In this document: in pieces, positions 52,402-64,000 of the stretch | Numbering within the stretch: the stretch's first letter is position 1 | Layout: every line of letters starts with the position of its first letter | Source of the DNA: Octopus bimaculoides | Lineage: Eukaryota | Assembly: GCF_001194135.2 (NCBI RefSeq) | Contig: NC_068987.1 | Location: 75,499,594 to 75,563,593 of the forward strand | Length of the DNA stretch: 64,000 nucleotides | Direction of reading: 5' to 3' | Notes under the pieces: generated by a model | Told to the model about the DNA's origin: nothing | Seen by the model: only the letters and a program-made list of their open reading frames with translations | The model's database searches: none | Translations under genes and position numbers: made by a program

Positions 52402-52993
52402 GGATCTTTTTTAAAACGGGGGCCACATTTTTCATTAACGAAACACTTTGAAACTTGGAACACTGGTAGAATGTGTCATATAAAACATCTTTTTTTCTTA
52501 GTCTTCTTTAAAAAAAAAGAAATCCATAAGTTATTCCATGTGAAAGTTGTCGTATTTCTGTAATTTCAACCAATCACTGACGTCCATTCAGCCGATATAC
52601 ATTAAGTGCCGACTACATAAACAAACGATTCTGAAACAATTAACCCTAACCCTAACCCTAACCCTAACCCTAGGGTTAGGGTTAGGGTTAGGGTTAGGGT
52701 TAAAGCAAATTTAAAATGAAAAAAGCAAATAAAACGAAGGTATGGAGATTAAATACGCTTTACATCGCTTAATCAGCCAAAAGAGTAAATGTAAACAACT
52801 GAATACTTGTCAGTGATTGGTTGAAATTATCGAAATAAGACAATTTTTTACATGAAATAAATTCGAATACAAAAATATTTTTCTGTTCTATAACACAAAA
52901 TAGATAAGTATACGAAGTTTGAAAGTCTTTCGGTACCAAAAACACTACGTAAAACATTAATGAAAAATGTGGCCCCCGTTTTAAAATAGATCC
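52402..52993. mobile_element. Non-autonomous DNA transposon (MITE) with about 40-bp TIRs and TA target duplication
   Basis: Left end TA|ggatcttttttaaaacggggccacatttttcattaa; right end ttaatgaaaaatgtggcccccgttttaaaatagatcc|TA. Confidence 0.9.
52640..52703. repeat. Perfect 64-bp palindrome of telomeric repeats: t(taaccc)5-ta-(gggtta)5a
   Basis: Read directly from sequence; lies near the centre of the MITE. Confidence 0.98.
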
Positions 52994-53001
52994 TATATGT
53001 A

Positions 53002-53043
<42 letters not shown>

Positions 53044-53642
53044 CGTAAAGAAAATTATATCTAGATTGATGAATCGAAAAGGGTATTTAAGGACAGTATG
53101 TGGGATGGGAGATAAAAAGTGATATACGAAAAAGATTAATATATAAAAAAAGGGAGATAGATTTGTAGATATATAGGGAGAAGAAGAAGAAGAAGGAGAA
53201 GAAGAAGAAGGTTGAGTGGAAGAGACAGTGAATGAGTGAGATATGTCTGTGTATGTAAAGCAGAGTATCAAACTGAAATATGATTTCATGATACATCACC
53301 ACAATCGAGGAAGGGAGATTTTGATAGTAGGATTTTCTCCTCCAAGAAAAACCTAATAAATATAAACGCGATCTCATTGTAAAAATAGAATGTTAACAGA
53401 AACAATGTTCCTAGAAGGATGACATTAGAAATAAAGATACAGCATTGCAGATCCTCCATCTACTAGAAATAGCAAACAAATTTTTGTACGTTCTTAGCTG
53501 CAGAGGAACGCATTGTATTATATAATTCTAGACATACTGAGCGGATACATTGGCAAGATATTCGGTGTAGAAGCAGAGTCTAACTTCTAACGAATATATA
53601 AACACTACAACATTTATTGAGTGTTTCGTCTCCGTAATCCTT

Positions 53643-53688
<46 letters not shown>

Positions 53689-54444
53689 AATTTGTTTGTG
53701 TGTGCGTATGGTGTGTGTGCGCGTGTGGTGTTTTCTAATATGTCTCTATACCTACGTTTTTTATAGGAAAAAAAACAAATCGTATAAGTACAGTTTGTAC
53801 TAAATAAATTTGGATATTTTCAAAGAGCCACGATTATATAAGTAACATGGGAATACGACAAATGTAAGTTGAGAAGCACAACGGGGTGCTTTAGAATACT
53901 GTTGGGCTGCGAATGAAACGAACATAAATATCCAGTCACCAGCAACGTGCTATATCAATGACCAACAGCCTTAACACTCTCTGACTCTGTCCACTCAGCT
54001 GTTGATATACACCACCCGGGAGTGCAGTTCACTGATATAAACAGCGAAAATACTATATAAGTGACGTGTATTTCATTAAATAATTATCAACGCTGAATTC
54101 AAATCTTCCCATGGGTATATCTTGGAGAGGTATGGCTCCACAGGCTCACTAACTCTAAATGCACCACATAAAAGGGGTATCAGTGGTGTTTTATTGACCC
54201 AGTGATTTATGAGAATGTGTTACCTACTATAATTACTCTACTTGAACATTATTGAATTTAAAATGGTTCGAACTGGTTTTACTGCGCCACTGAAAAAATT
54301 AGCTTTAAAGTTTGAATTAATTTCACTGTGATGAATTAAACATTTTCAATTTACGTCTGTAAATAATTAAAATGGAGAAAAGGCACATAATACTTGTAAA
54401 CGTTATATATGTATTATTGGCTGTGTTGTCTGTTTAAAGCAAAT

Positions 54445-55720
54445 ACTTAACAGATGTGTTGAGAAGCTCTATTTTAACAAACGTGTCAAGTAGTCTTTTA
54501 ACAGCAGATGTGCTGAGTGTCCTTTTAAAGGTTGTATTGTGAACCTGATTAACATATGTGTTCAGTAGATATTTAACAGATGTGTTAAGTATTGCTTTAA
54601 CAGGTGTGTTATGTCTGCGTTTAAAAATCCTGTTAAGAGAGATATAACAGGTGTCTTAATTAGTCATTAATAGAAGCACAGATGTTTAGTGTAACCGATA
54701 GTTAATCAAACACTTGAACAGGCATTTTACAAGTCTGTTAGATAAATAAAACAACAAAAAAGCAGCTGCTGTGTTGGATTGATGTTTAATACATGGTTTA
54801 ACAAGTATTCATTATTTGTGAAAAGGACTATACACGTTTCAGTATTGTTTGACCAGTAACAAAAATAAAAAGTTGAGCACATGTCAAACCTTTAATAAAT
54901 TTATTAAACAACCAAACCAGTGTCTTCTGTGTTTTTACCAAATGCTTTCGGATATCCGTTTTACAGTTGTCTTAGGTAAGCATGTTACAGATTTATCGAA
55001 TAGCTGTTTAATACAAATAGGGAAGAGTAGATTAACATGCGTGTGATGTAGCTATTTAATGTGTTGAATAGACATTTAGCAGATGTGAATAAAAACTGTT
55101 TTTGAAAATGTGATGCAAAACGGCTTAACAGATATGATATAAAGCTGTCTAAAACATGTCATATCTAGCAGTTTAACAGGTGTGATAGAAAATTGTTAAA
55201 CAGATACACTAAATAGTCGTTTCACAGATGTAACAAAAACTGTCAAGCAGATATGACTGAAATTAAACACTGTTTAACAGATGCGATAAGTAAACATTTC
55301 AGATATATGATGAAAATCTGTTTAACATTTTAACATTCAGACTACTATGCCAAATGTAATGCTTATTTATTCACATTATTTTAAATTAATCATGATTTAT
55401 CTCATACCTTCAAGAGTTTGATAATGTCATTGTTTAATACTAGAATGATATAGTAGGATAGATGTGAGCGGTCAAGGCTGGCCAGTTTGAACTTAAAACA
55501 AGTAGAATATTTGGGCTGGATATGACTGGTTTAAAGGTTAAAGGGTTAAAAGAGATGATAGTTACAGTTTAACAAACGGGATGGGGAAAATGCTTAACTA
55601 ATTTTACGAATACTAGTTTAGTAGCTATAACGGACGAGTATTTAATAGGTGCGACGGACAGCTGTTTCACAGATGTGCGTTAACTGTTTATCAGAAAATA
55701 AGCATTTCATAACAGATACA
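54445..55720 (+). repeat. Cryptic degenerate minisatellite, about 24-bp unit (approx. TTTAACAGATGTGTTAAATAGCTG), interrupted by a MITE
   Basis: ttaaca(g/t)(a/g)tg anchors at about 54448, 54474, 54498, 54549, 54573, 54597, 54620, 54644, and later 55125, 55173, 55197, 55221, 55274; spacing about 24 nt or multiples of it. Confidence 0.8.
55326..55545. mobile_element. TTAA-flanked (piggyBac-like) MITE
   Basis: TTAA at 55322-55325 and 55546-55549; right end ...ctggtttaaaggttaaaggg|TTAA; left end decayed (cattttaacattcag). Confidence 0.65.
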
Positions 55721-55989
55721 ATTCAAAGTTTTGTATTTCGTTACCTGTTGAATATCTGTGTCGAGAAAATATGCAACACCGGTATTTATATAATATTAAT
55801 TTCTTACATTGGGGTAAACTCAAAATTAGGGGTAAGGATCAGTCGATTATAACGATCTAGTACTTGATTTGAAAGTACTATTATTGAACGTGTTCCTGAC
55901 AAGAGGTAGAGATATTTCTGCTCTGAACTTATTACTTTCAATATAAAAGAAATTAATTACTTCTGAGGGAGGTTTTCTTAACCGTTTAA

Positions 55990-56188
55990 CACAAGGCCTG
56001 AAATTTGATGGGAGGAGACTAGTGGATTACATCGACCATAATGTTTCGCTGGCATTTAATTTATCGACCTCGAAAGGATGAAAGACAAAGTCGACTTTGC
56101 AGAATTTGCACTCAGAACGTAGCGACGGGCGAAATACCGCTAAGCATTTCGTCCAGCGTGCTAAGGATTCTGTTAGCTCACCACCTTA
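55990..56188 (-). mobile_element. SINE family C
   Basis: gattacatcgacc...gaaaggatgaaagacaaagtcgac...agaatttgcactcagaacgtag..acgggcgaaataccgctaagcatttcgtccagcgtgctaa. Confidence 0.85.
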
Positions 56189-56191
56189 CAG

Positions 56192-56252
<61 letters not shown>

Positions 56253-56253
<1 letters not shown>

Positions 56254-56750
56254 TAGAATATAAAGCAAGACATGACAGAGTCGGCCAGTATTTACATTAG
56301 ACAATATGTTGGCGTTATAAAATCAAAACCACTGACAAATGGTATAAACACCATCCTGAAGCTGTGACTGAGAGAGAAAATGTGTCGATTTTCTGGGACT
56401 TCCCCGTACATACCGAAAAAACTATAAAAGCTAATAAACCGGATATTATTATGAAAGATCAGACAAAAAAGGTGTGTTTATTAATTGACATGAGTATTCC
56501 TTGTGATCCCAATATAGCGGCGAAAGAATTTGACAAGATCAGTAAATATAAAGATTTGCTAATAGAAATTTTTAAAAATGTGGCATCTCAAGGCGACTAC
56601 CGTACCAGTAATTGTAGAATCTCTAGGAATGATAAAAAAAGGTACTGAAGCCTATTTGAAATTGATACCACGCCTACCATCCCAACAGGAAGAGCAAAAA
56701 ATCGTGCTAACTGGAACGACTCATGTACTGAGAAGAGCATTATCGCTGTG
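56253..56750 (+). mobile_element. R4/Dong-like LINE 3' fragment (RLE domain) directly after (TAA)n
   Basis: YKARHDRVGQYLH...WYKHHPEAVTERENVSIFWDFPVHTEKTIKANKPDII...CLLIDMSIPCD...KISKYKDLLIEI...VLTGTTHVLRRALSL*. Confidence 0.92.
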
Positions 56751-59700
56751 AAAACAACATCCATTCATGAATTTATTTATTAATTTTTTAAAAAATACAT
56801 ATTTACCTGTGAATTTGCGTATGTAAACTGGGAATGCATACAATGAGCTTCTCTGCCCTAGGTGTACGGAAAACACTCGGCGAGAAATGGAAGAAAATTT
56901 GGTTTTTGATACTTTCTTCTTATCATCATCATCGTCGTTGTGGTCGTCATCATCGTCGTCCTTATCATTTGGAAGAATCATCAGAGCATCGGACAAAACG
57001 CTTCCTGGTATTTAATTGCACAAATCTAACGTTTCGAGTTCATATCCTGCCGAGGTCAGCTTTGCCTTTCATTCTTCAGTGATCTATAAAATAAAGTATC
57101 AATGAATTACTGAGGTCAATTTACTCGGCTAATCCTTGACTCAAAATGTGTGGCCTCCGCCTATATTAGAAATTATTGTTATTTTAATAGTATTATTCGA
57201 GTTTCTACTAGATTAGTTGGTGCGCCTCCATATACTTGAGGTGTGTGCAGCATTGTCCTTTTGAGATACAAGCCTCTGTTAGCCACTCCGTACAACTTCT
57301 GTCGTCTTACTATTCTATTTGATATATCAGTGATTAAGCAGATTTCAGAATTTATTTTACATTATATTTACATCAAGAGTAATAATATACGCAAACAGAA
57401 TTGTGAACCCCAAATAGGAATTTATAAAGAAGTTTGAGACTGGTGCTTCGGTAGCGAGAGTTTGATGTCAAAAATCAAACATCTTCGGACATATGCGAGG
57501 CTAAGCATGAAATCAGTACTGCCTTTTTGTTTGAAAAATTTTGTGCCGATACAAATTCTAAATCACCAATCGTTGGTCCAATACAAATGCAGAATATATA
57601 AATCTTGAGGAGGTTGTCATGAGGTGATTTATGCATGAAAGATCCTGCAATTTCAACGCCCATGATATACAAATTTAAAATACTGCTGCCAAGCTAGCTA
57701 GGCCTATGGACATAAAGAATTTTGAAGCTAGTGACGAGAGTGATATGACGATTTAGAAATCAACATCAAATAGGTGATGAAATTAGTTATTGTGAAGCAG
57801 GCAGTGCACCAGCCTAGGAAACCGAGCCATTTCGTTAGAGGTTAAATGACATAATTAATTGCAAAGGGTTCTTAATTTCCCAAATGTATAGTGGTGACAA
57901 CTCTGGTAAGCTTTTAAGACTAACGCCTGCACGTCTGGTCGTAAATTATGTAAGGAACTCTTTTCGGTGTTGTGTTGCACAGATGCAGACTGTTTATCCA
58001 CATTTAAAGTTAGTGGCTGTGGGGTGAGATCAGCTCATGTGCTAATCTCACCACCAGCACCATCACTACCACCATAACCGTCACCAGTTGCAGCAGCTGC
58101 AGCAGCAGCAGCAGTAGCGCTGCCACCGCCGCCGCCACCACCGCCGCCACCACCACCTACCACCACCACCACCAACAACAACAACAACTTAATACAATAA
58201 AATACCAGTTACATGTACATTATTATTATTATTATTATTATTTCCAGAAGTCGCAGAACACAATACATGTCTTTAATGATTGTTTTTTGTTCCTCGCATA
58301 CCATTCTTGCAGTGTATAAACATCAGTAAGATGTTTTCAAACTTGTTGCTGATGAGGCGAAAGAGCCACTAACTTTTCACGACGTATCCGCTCACTCAAG
58401 TGTCACCACCCCAATATGTTAGTATGGACGGTAAAAATAAACGTATATTCTTTCCACCTAGTGTCACCACTATGACCCAGCCGATTGTACAAAGATGTAT
58501 GGACGAAGCGAAGGTCATGTGGTCAAAAGAAGGGACGATCTTAAGAAAATCGAGCCAAGACAAAGAACTCCGAATACGAAGAAAACGTTGTAGTAGTATA
58601 AAGACTTTGAATTATCCACCCCACGCATTTCAAGTTACGGCGATTTCAAATTATCCCGGGGGTAACCTCAAGTCGAATTCAAACTACCCTTGCTCTGTTC
58701 CCGATACTCTCTGTTTGATTTCCCTACAATAATAAATTTTAACGCTTACAAATCCTGATAAACTTTATATCATTAAGGCCTTGTAACATTGAAGGTTGTA
58801 GGCTAATCTTAAAACGTGAAAATAAAAAGATATGGATTTTTAAACATCCCCTATCATTTTATGAAGGCTTTAAAAATCACTTTGAACACCAGAGAATCTG
58901 AACCGGCAATTGTTTAAAATAAAAACTTTTTTTTAACGAGAAAATCATTTGGTTTAGAAGAATTGCAGCTGCAGTACTTTTTTTTTCCACATAAATATAT
59001 TTTGTATTCGAAGTGTGTAAATATATATATTATGTGCATTTGGAAGCATTAACTCCGTCTACGTTCTGATAAATTTAAACTGCTATTTCAGATAAAATGA
59101 AAAACCAAATATATTCATACGTTTCAAATGAAATCAAAATGTATAATATACAAAACAAAATATATTAATACACTTTAAAATGCAAATGAAACATTTTTTT
59201 ATTCAGAAAAGCACCTATACACTTCAAATGCAAACAGAATAATAACAAGCAAAATATACACAAGTGTCTAACTCATAGGATACACACAGAAAGCACTTAT
59301 ATATAAAGGGTCGCGAACGTTATCATCCTTGACAGAAACCTCTCAATTTTTTTCTAATTGTAATCAAAATTTTTCTCATAGGAAGTCTTTTTTTTAATTA
59401 AAAGTGTCCCCACACTAAAAAAATTATTATAATGGTGATGATAACAATAAAAATATTAATAATTCTTTTATTTGTCTCTTGGTCAACGAGTATACGAGGA
59501 AGAATTTGAGATGAGCATCGTCTGAAATCATAGTGGGTAGGATGAAATTGATTTCAAGTTACCGGGAGGTAAGATGAATGGTGGGGAATAATCTGAAATC
59601 GCTACATCGGAAAGGAGCCAGGCATTTCAAATAATCCATAACATACAAAAACACAGTTTTCAAACACATGTAAGGCACCATTTAACTTTGTTACATAAAA

Positions 59701-59774
59701 ATACTAATGGATATATGTGAAACATACCCGAACAAGCAAGCTTACATTAGTATACGCAAAATATTCTCTTTTAG

Positions 59775-59879
59775 AGAACCAGATTTGAATGTGAATAGAC
59801 AAAGTTTCCTATCACGTCTTGAAAGAGGTGTGAATAGTAACGGTCCAGGCTATGCACTAAATCTTATATTTGCACAATG
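59775..59879 (+). CDS. Internal coding exon of an unidentified gene: (x)EPDLNVNRQSFLSRLERGVNSNGPGYALNLIFAQ(W)
   Basis: attctcttttAG acceptor, 105 nt (35 codons), symmetric phase 2-2, open frame, G|GTATGT donor, and protein-like composition in an AT-rich background. No family recognised. Confidence 0.7.
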
Positions 59880-60949
59880 GTATGTTACAGTTATAACTTC
59901 TTTTGGTGAAGAAGATGAAGCGTAAACCACATCCTGTAGTATATTAAATATGTATACATTTATATTTAACACGTTTATCTACACTCAAACTGTACCTTCT
60001 TGTGTAGCTGGGAGTTAAACTGTTTTGTTAGAACCGATTAACGGAAATCCTAGCGCGCGCACACACACACACACGCACACATATGTATGCATGCATATTC
60101 TCTTCGGTTTTTAATTATGTGAACTCTTCCTCAAGGGAGGAGACAGTTTCTCCGTTGTTGAAATGATAACGAAGCACAATGTCATATGTTAAACTTGAGC
60201 AAAGTCAGCATGCTTAGCGATGCTTTTGTGCCAAAACGTAACTTGGTGATTCTAGAAACATAGATGGATAGACCAAATATGTATCAGGCTAAAATAAGTA
60301 TATGGTACAATATAATCGACTAAAATCTCTTGAAGCCTCTGCTACAGCATGGCCGCAGTCCAACACGTGAAACCAGTAAAAGAAATATAAAGAATAAAGG
60401 AGTAGATGTACATGAACGTTGCGAAACACATACGCGCGCACACACATGCACACACATATTGTTCGATAAAATGAATTCGATCATCCATTTTCTCAGTTCA
60501 GACATCGTAAGGAAGAAGCGTCACGTGGTCTATAAATGCGCAACAACGTAACTTTTCCATTTACCCGTTTTAACTTCGTATTTTCAAATCTAACCAAATC
60601 TAATTTTTAGTCGTCATCTCTCTTTAATAAATTATATGCTTTACCTAAGCTTTCCGATTTGTTTTTTCGCATTGAACATAAAAAATGCCAAATTACCTCC
60701 ATAGTTACTAAGCACACGAAAATATCTCATAGCTTTCCTTAATTCTGCATGAAACGTCTCCCTATCCTTTTCCAAAACCGAACAAAAACAAAAAATATGA
60801 ACAATAACTACAGCAATAACGAACTGTTTTTGATAATAATGTTTGGGAAATTTATGCTTGCTTTCAAGTGACATTACAAAGCACAAAATGATAAAAGATA
60901 TACGGAGTAAAAGTTGGAGAAATGTCGCCATTAGAAGGCATGCAAAATA

Positions 60950-61605
60950 CGAGGGCAAGTCAAAAATTATCCGCACTTTCGCCATAACATTATTATTATT
61001 GTCACACTGCCTTCTGCGCATGTGTACAAACAGTTGGAACTATTGTGGTCACGTAATCGAAGTTTGAGCCTGATCACGCCATTTTTCTTTCTAGCTTTAC
61101 AGTGTAAGCATGGCCGCTCTATTAGCAATGTGCACCATAGAAAAACAAGGAGCAGTGCTCCGATTTCTCTTGTCGAAAGGTATGTCAGGTGCTGAAATTC
61201 ATCGGAGACTTTTAGCACAATACGGAGACAGTATAGAAGTGAGTATGAGTAGATCTAGAAGTTTAAAAGTGGTCGGGCAAGCATGACACACGATGAGGGA
61301 GCAGGACGCCCGTCAACCTCCACCACTGACGAAAAGATTCATTAAGCTCGCGAGATGGTAACAGTGAACCGGTTCACCATTACCATCTCTCGGATCACTG
61401 CTTTTTGTTCTTCTTTGGGTCACATTGCTAGTGGATTGACCATGCTTACACTGTAAAGCCAGAAAGAGAAATGGCGCAATCAAGCTCAAACTTCGATCAC
61501 ATGACCACGATAGTACCAACTATAAGTATGCATGCGCAGAAGGCAGTGTGACAATAATAAAGATATGTTATGGTGAAAGTGCGGATAATTTTTTACTTCC
61601 CCTCG
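60950..61605. mobile_element. Fold-back mariner derivative built from two inverted 5' ends, with TA target duplication
   Basis: TA|cgagggcaagtcaaaaattatccgcact ... agtgcggataattttttacttcccctcg|TA. Arms 60950-61163 and 61390-61605 align over about 215 bp. The interior encodes a mariner N-terminus (EKQGAVLRFLLSKGMSGAEIHRRLLAQYGD...KFKSGR...GAGRPSTSTTDE). Confidence 0.9.
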
Positions 61606-61814
61606 TAATTTGTGATTATCTCCCTTTCCTCCTCCTCATTCAAGAAAGAAACTAACAAATTTCACTATTTTGTTATTTCATGTATGTATGTAAGGTGTTG
61701 TGCAAGCCTTATTGGACCTAAAATTCTGCACAGGCATTGCTGACCTCTGCTCGATATGTGTTGCTTCCCCACCTATATATTTATTTTATTTTCAGTATAT
61801 ATGGGAATATATGT

Positions 61815-62350
61815 CAGGTATTGATCTTCTGGCCGTCTCTTTAATCTGCGCCGATTTACTACCAATTCAAAATTTTCCAGTCGCTTATTCGTGACCTCCT
61901 TTATGCAGATGACTATGACTTAGTCACTCATTCAGTGGATGGTATGCAGATACTTATGAATCGTATTTCTGCTTCTTGCAAGGCAGTTGGACTCAGCATT
62001 AACCTGGACAAGATTGTTGTAAGGTTCCAGTCTGCACCAGAAAATCCATATGTGGAACCAGCTATATTGGTTGAAGGAACAATACTGAAAGTGGTACAAA
62101 AGTTTGTCTACCTGGGCAGCACACTCAGCCGTTCCAGAGAGCAACTGATTCCCTCCGGCCTCTTCAGTCACGCGTCTGGTCCCAGGTGGCAGCACAAGGC
62201 AAACAAAAATTGCTCTTTGACTAATGTGAGACATGGACCCTTTACAAACGTTATGTAAGGGTCCTTTGAACGATTTCATCAAAGATGTCTGAGACACATT
62301 CTGAATGTTGGCTGGACCTTAGAAAACTCCAGAAACACAGGTCCTGAGAA
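61815..62350 (+). mobile_element. RTE-clade LINE fragment (RT motifs 5-7 and downstream), decayed
   Basis: FNLRRF...SLIRDLLYADDYDLVTHSVDGMQ...GLSINLDK...FVYLGSTLSR...LQSRVWSQ...TKIA...CETWTLYKR...RFHQRCLRHILNVGW. Confidence 0.9.
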
Positions 62351-62429
62351 AAGCTGATATTTTGAGTATATATATATGTTTGTTGTTTACACACCCATCT
62401 TCGTCTTTTGTTTTTTTTTTTGTAAATTC

Positions 62430-62460
<31 letters not shown>

Positions 62461-63918
62461 NNNNNNNNNNNNNNNNNNNNNNNNNNNNNNNNNNNNNNNN
62501 NNNNNNNNNNNNNNNNNNNNNNNNNNNNNNNNNNNNNNNNNNNNNNNNNNNNNNNNNNNNNNNNNNNNNNNNNNNNNNNNNNNNNNNNNNNNNNNNNNNN
62601 NNNNNNNNNNNNNNNNNNNNNNNNNNNNNNNNNNNNNNNNNNNNNNNNNNNNNNNNNNNNNCTTCACTATTTACTTCCATACTTGTCATACATGAATAAT
62701 TTGATCTCGGATAAATCTTAGGCTCTTCATTTGATTTTTTTAAATTAAAAATAAATAATATTGCTTTATATTTATGATTCACTTCTTTAAAAAGGTTCCT
62801 CAATGTTAACTCCCGGTATTGACGTAACAACGGCTTACATACTTGTGATGCAATGTCAACATCCGGTATTGCGCGCGCGCATACACACGTGTGTCTTTGT
62901 AAATATGTTTGTATACATTTATGTAAGTGTGTGTTTGTAACAGACAGAGTGTGAGTGAGTCAAGGGGTGTGTTGTCATATGCATCCATCATTTTTGGATG
63001 TATGTGTGCGTGTGAGTGTGTGTGTGAGACAGAGTGAGAGCGGTGTGTATATAGTATTTATTCTCTCTCTCTCTCATACACACGCACACACACACACTCA
63101 CACACAAAGATGTATGCATATTTATGCATGTACGTATACATGACAACAAACCTCTCTCTCTCTCTGTCACNNNNNNNNNNNNNNNNNNNNNNNNNNNNNN
63201 NNNNNNNNNNNNNNNNNNNNNNNNNNNNNNNNNNNNNNNNNNNNNNNNNNNNNNNNNNNNNNNNNNNNNNNNNNNNNNNNNNNNNNNNNNNNNNNNNNNN
63301 NNNNNNNNNNNNNNNNNNNNNNNNNNNNNNNNNNNNNNNNNNNNNNNNNNNNNNNNNNNNNNNNNNNNNNNNNNNNNNNNNNNNNNNNNNNNNNNNNNNN
63401 NNNNNNNNNNNNNNNNNNNNNNNNNNNNNNNNNNNNNNNNNNNNNNNNNNNNNNNNNNNNNNNNNNNNNNNNNNNNNNNNNNNNNNNNNNNNNNNNNNNN
63501 NNNNNNNNNNNNNNNNNNNNNNNNNNNNNNNNNNNNNNNNNNNNNNNNNNNNNNNNNNNNNNNNNNNNNNNNNNNNNNNNNNNNNNNNNNNNNNNNNNNN
63601 NNNNNNNNNNNNNNNNNNNNNNNNNNNNNNNNNNNNNNNNNNNNNNNNNNNNNNNNNNNNNNNNNNNNNNNNNNNNNNNNNNNNNNNNNNNNNNNNNNNN
63701 NNNNNNNNNNNNNNNNNNNNNNNNNNNNNNNNNNNNNNNNNNNNNNNNNNNNNNNNNNNNNNNNNNNNNNNNNNNNNNNNNNNNNNNNNNNNNNNNNNNN
63801 NNNNNNNNNNNNNNNNNNNNNNNNNNNNNNNNNNNNNNNNNNNNNNNNNNNNNNNNNNNNNNNNNNNNNNNNNNNNNNNNNNNNNNNNNNNNTATATATA
63901 TGCACATAATATATATTC

Positions 63919-63949
<31 letters not shown>

Positions 63950-64000
63950 CACACGTCTATACATCTATGTATGCATATGGATGATTATATGAATATCAGT

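Noticed and set aside
52640-52703. Interpretation as an ancient telomere-telomere chromosome fusion site
   Set aside because: The orientation (CCCTAA then TTAGGG) is opposite to a fusion, the array is only 5+5 units, and it lies inside a TIR/TA-bounded MITE.
49498-55720. CRISPR-like repeat-spacer arrangement in the 20-bp and 24-bp arrays
   Set aside because: These are contiguous tandem units without unique spacers, in eukaryotic DNA with no cas genes.
58040-58190. Minus-strand Gly/Ala-rich reading (LLLLLVVVVVG12SATA8TGDGYGGSDGAG) with a GTGAGA donor, reminiscent of structural proteins
   Set aside because: It is a mosaic of trinucleotide microsatellites like other non-coding tracts here (25.0-25.15, 26.3 and 44.5 kb), with a weak acceptor and no companion exons.

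Overview
AT-rich, repeat-dense eukaryotic DNA with about a dozen N-gaps. The tRNA-derived SINE families, (TA)/(CA)/(TATG)/(TAA) microsatellites and TTAGGG repeats point to an octopus (coleoid cephalopod) draft genome; this is inference from recognised repeat sequences. Nearly every ORF in the supplied track is an artefact of microsatellites or gaps. Two host coding exons are credible. One is a + strand exon at 50398-50493 (GKGIMKTYWLKG...*), the usual last exon of a class III nucleotide cyclase, most likely a receptor guanylyl cyclase; it is too short for the ORF track. The other is an unidentified symmetric 105-nt exon at 59775-59879 (+), presumably from the next gene. There are also a few microexon-like signals. 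The rest is decayed mobile DNA: three or four SINE families (several with clean TSDs), R4/Dong-like RLE LINE pieces that all abut (TAA)n, RTE LINE fragments, Penelope-like fragments, a Helitron fragment, mariner relics and several MITEs. The most unusual structures are: an inverted pair of hammerhead-ribozyme-like termini around a (TATG)n tract; a TA-flanked MITE carrying a perfect (CCCTAA)5/(TTAGGG)5 palindrome; a fold-back mariner made of two 5' ends; a 108-bp-arm hairpin; and two cryptic degenerate minisatellites of about 20 bp and 24 bp. No complete gene, CRISPR array or rRNA/tRNA gene is supported.
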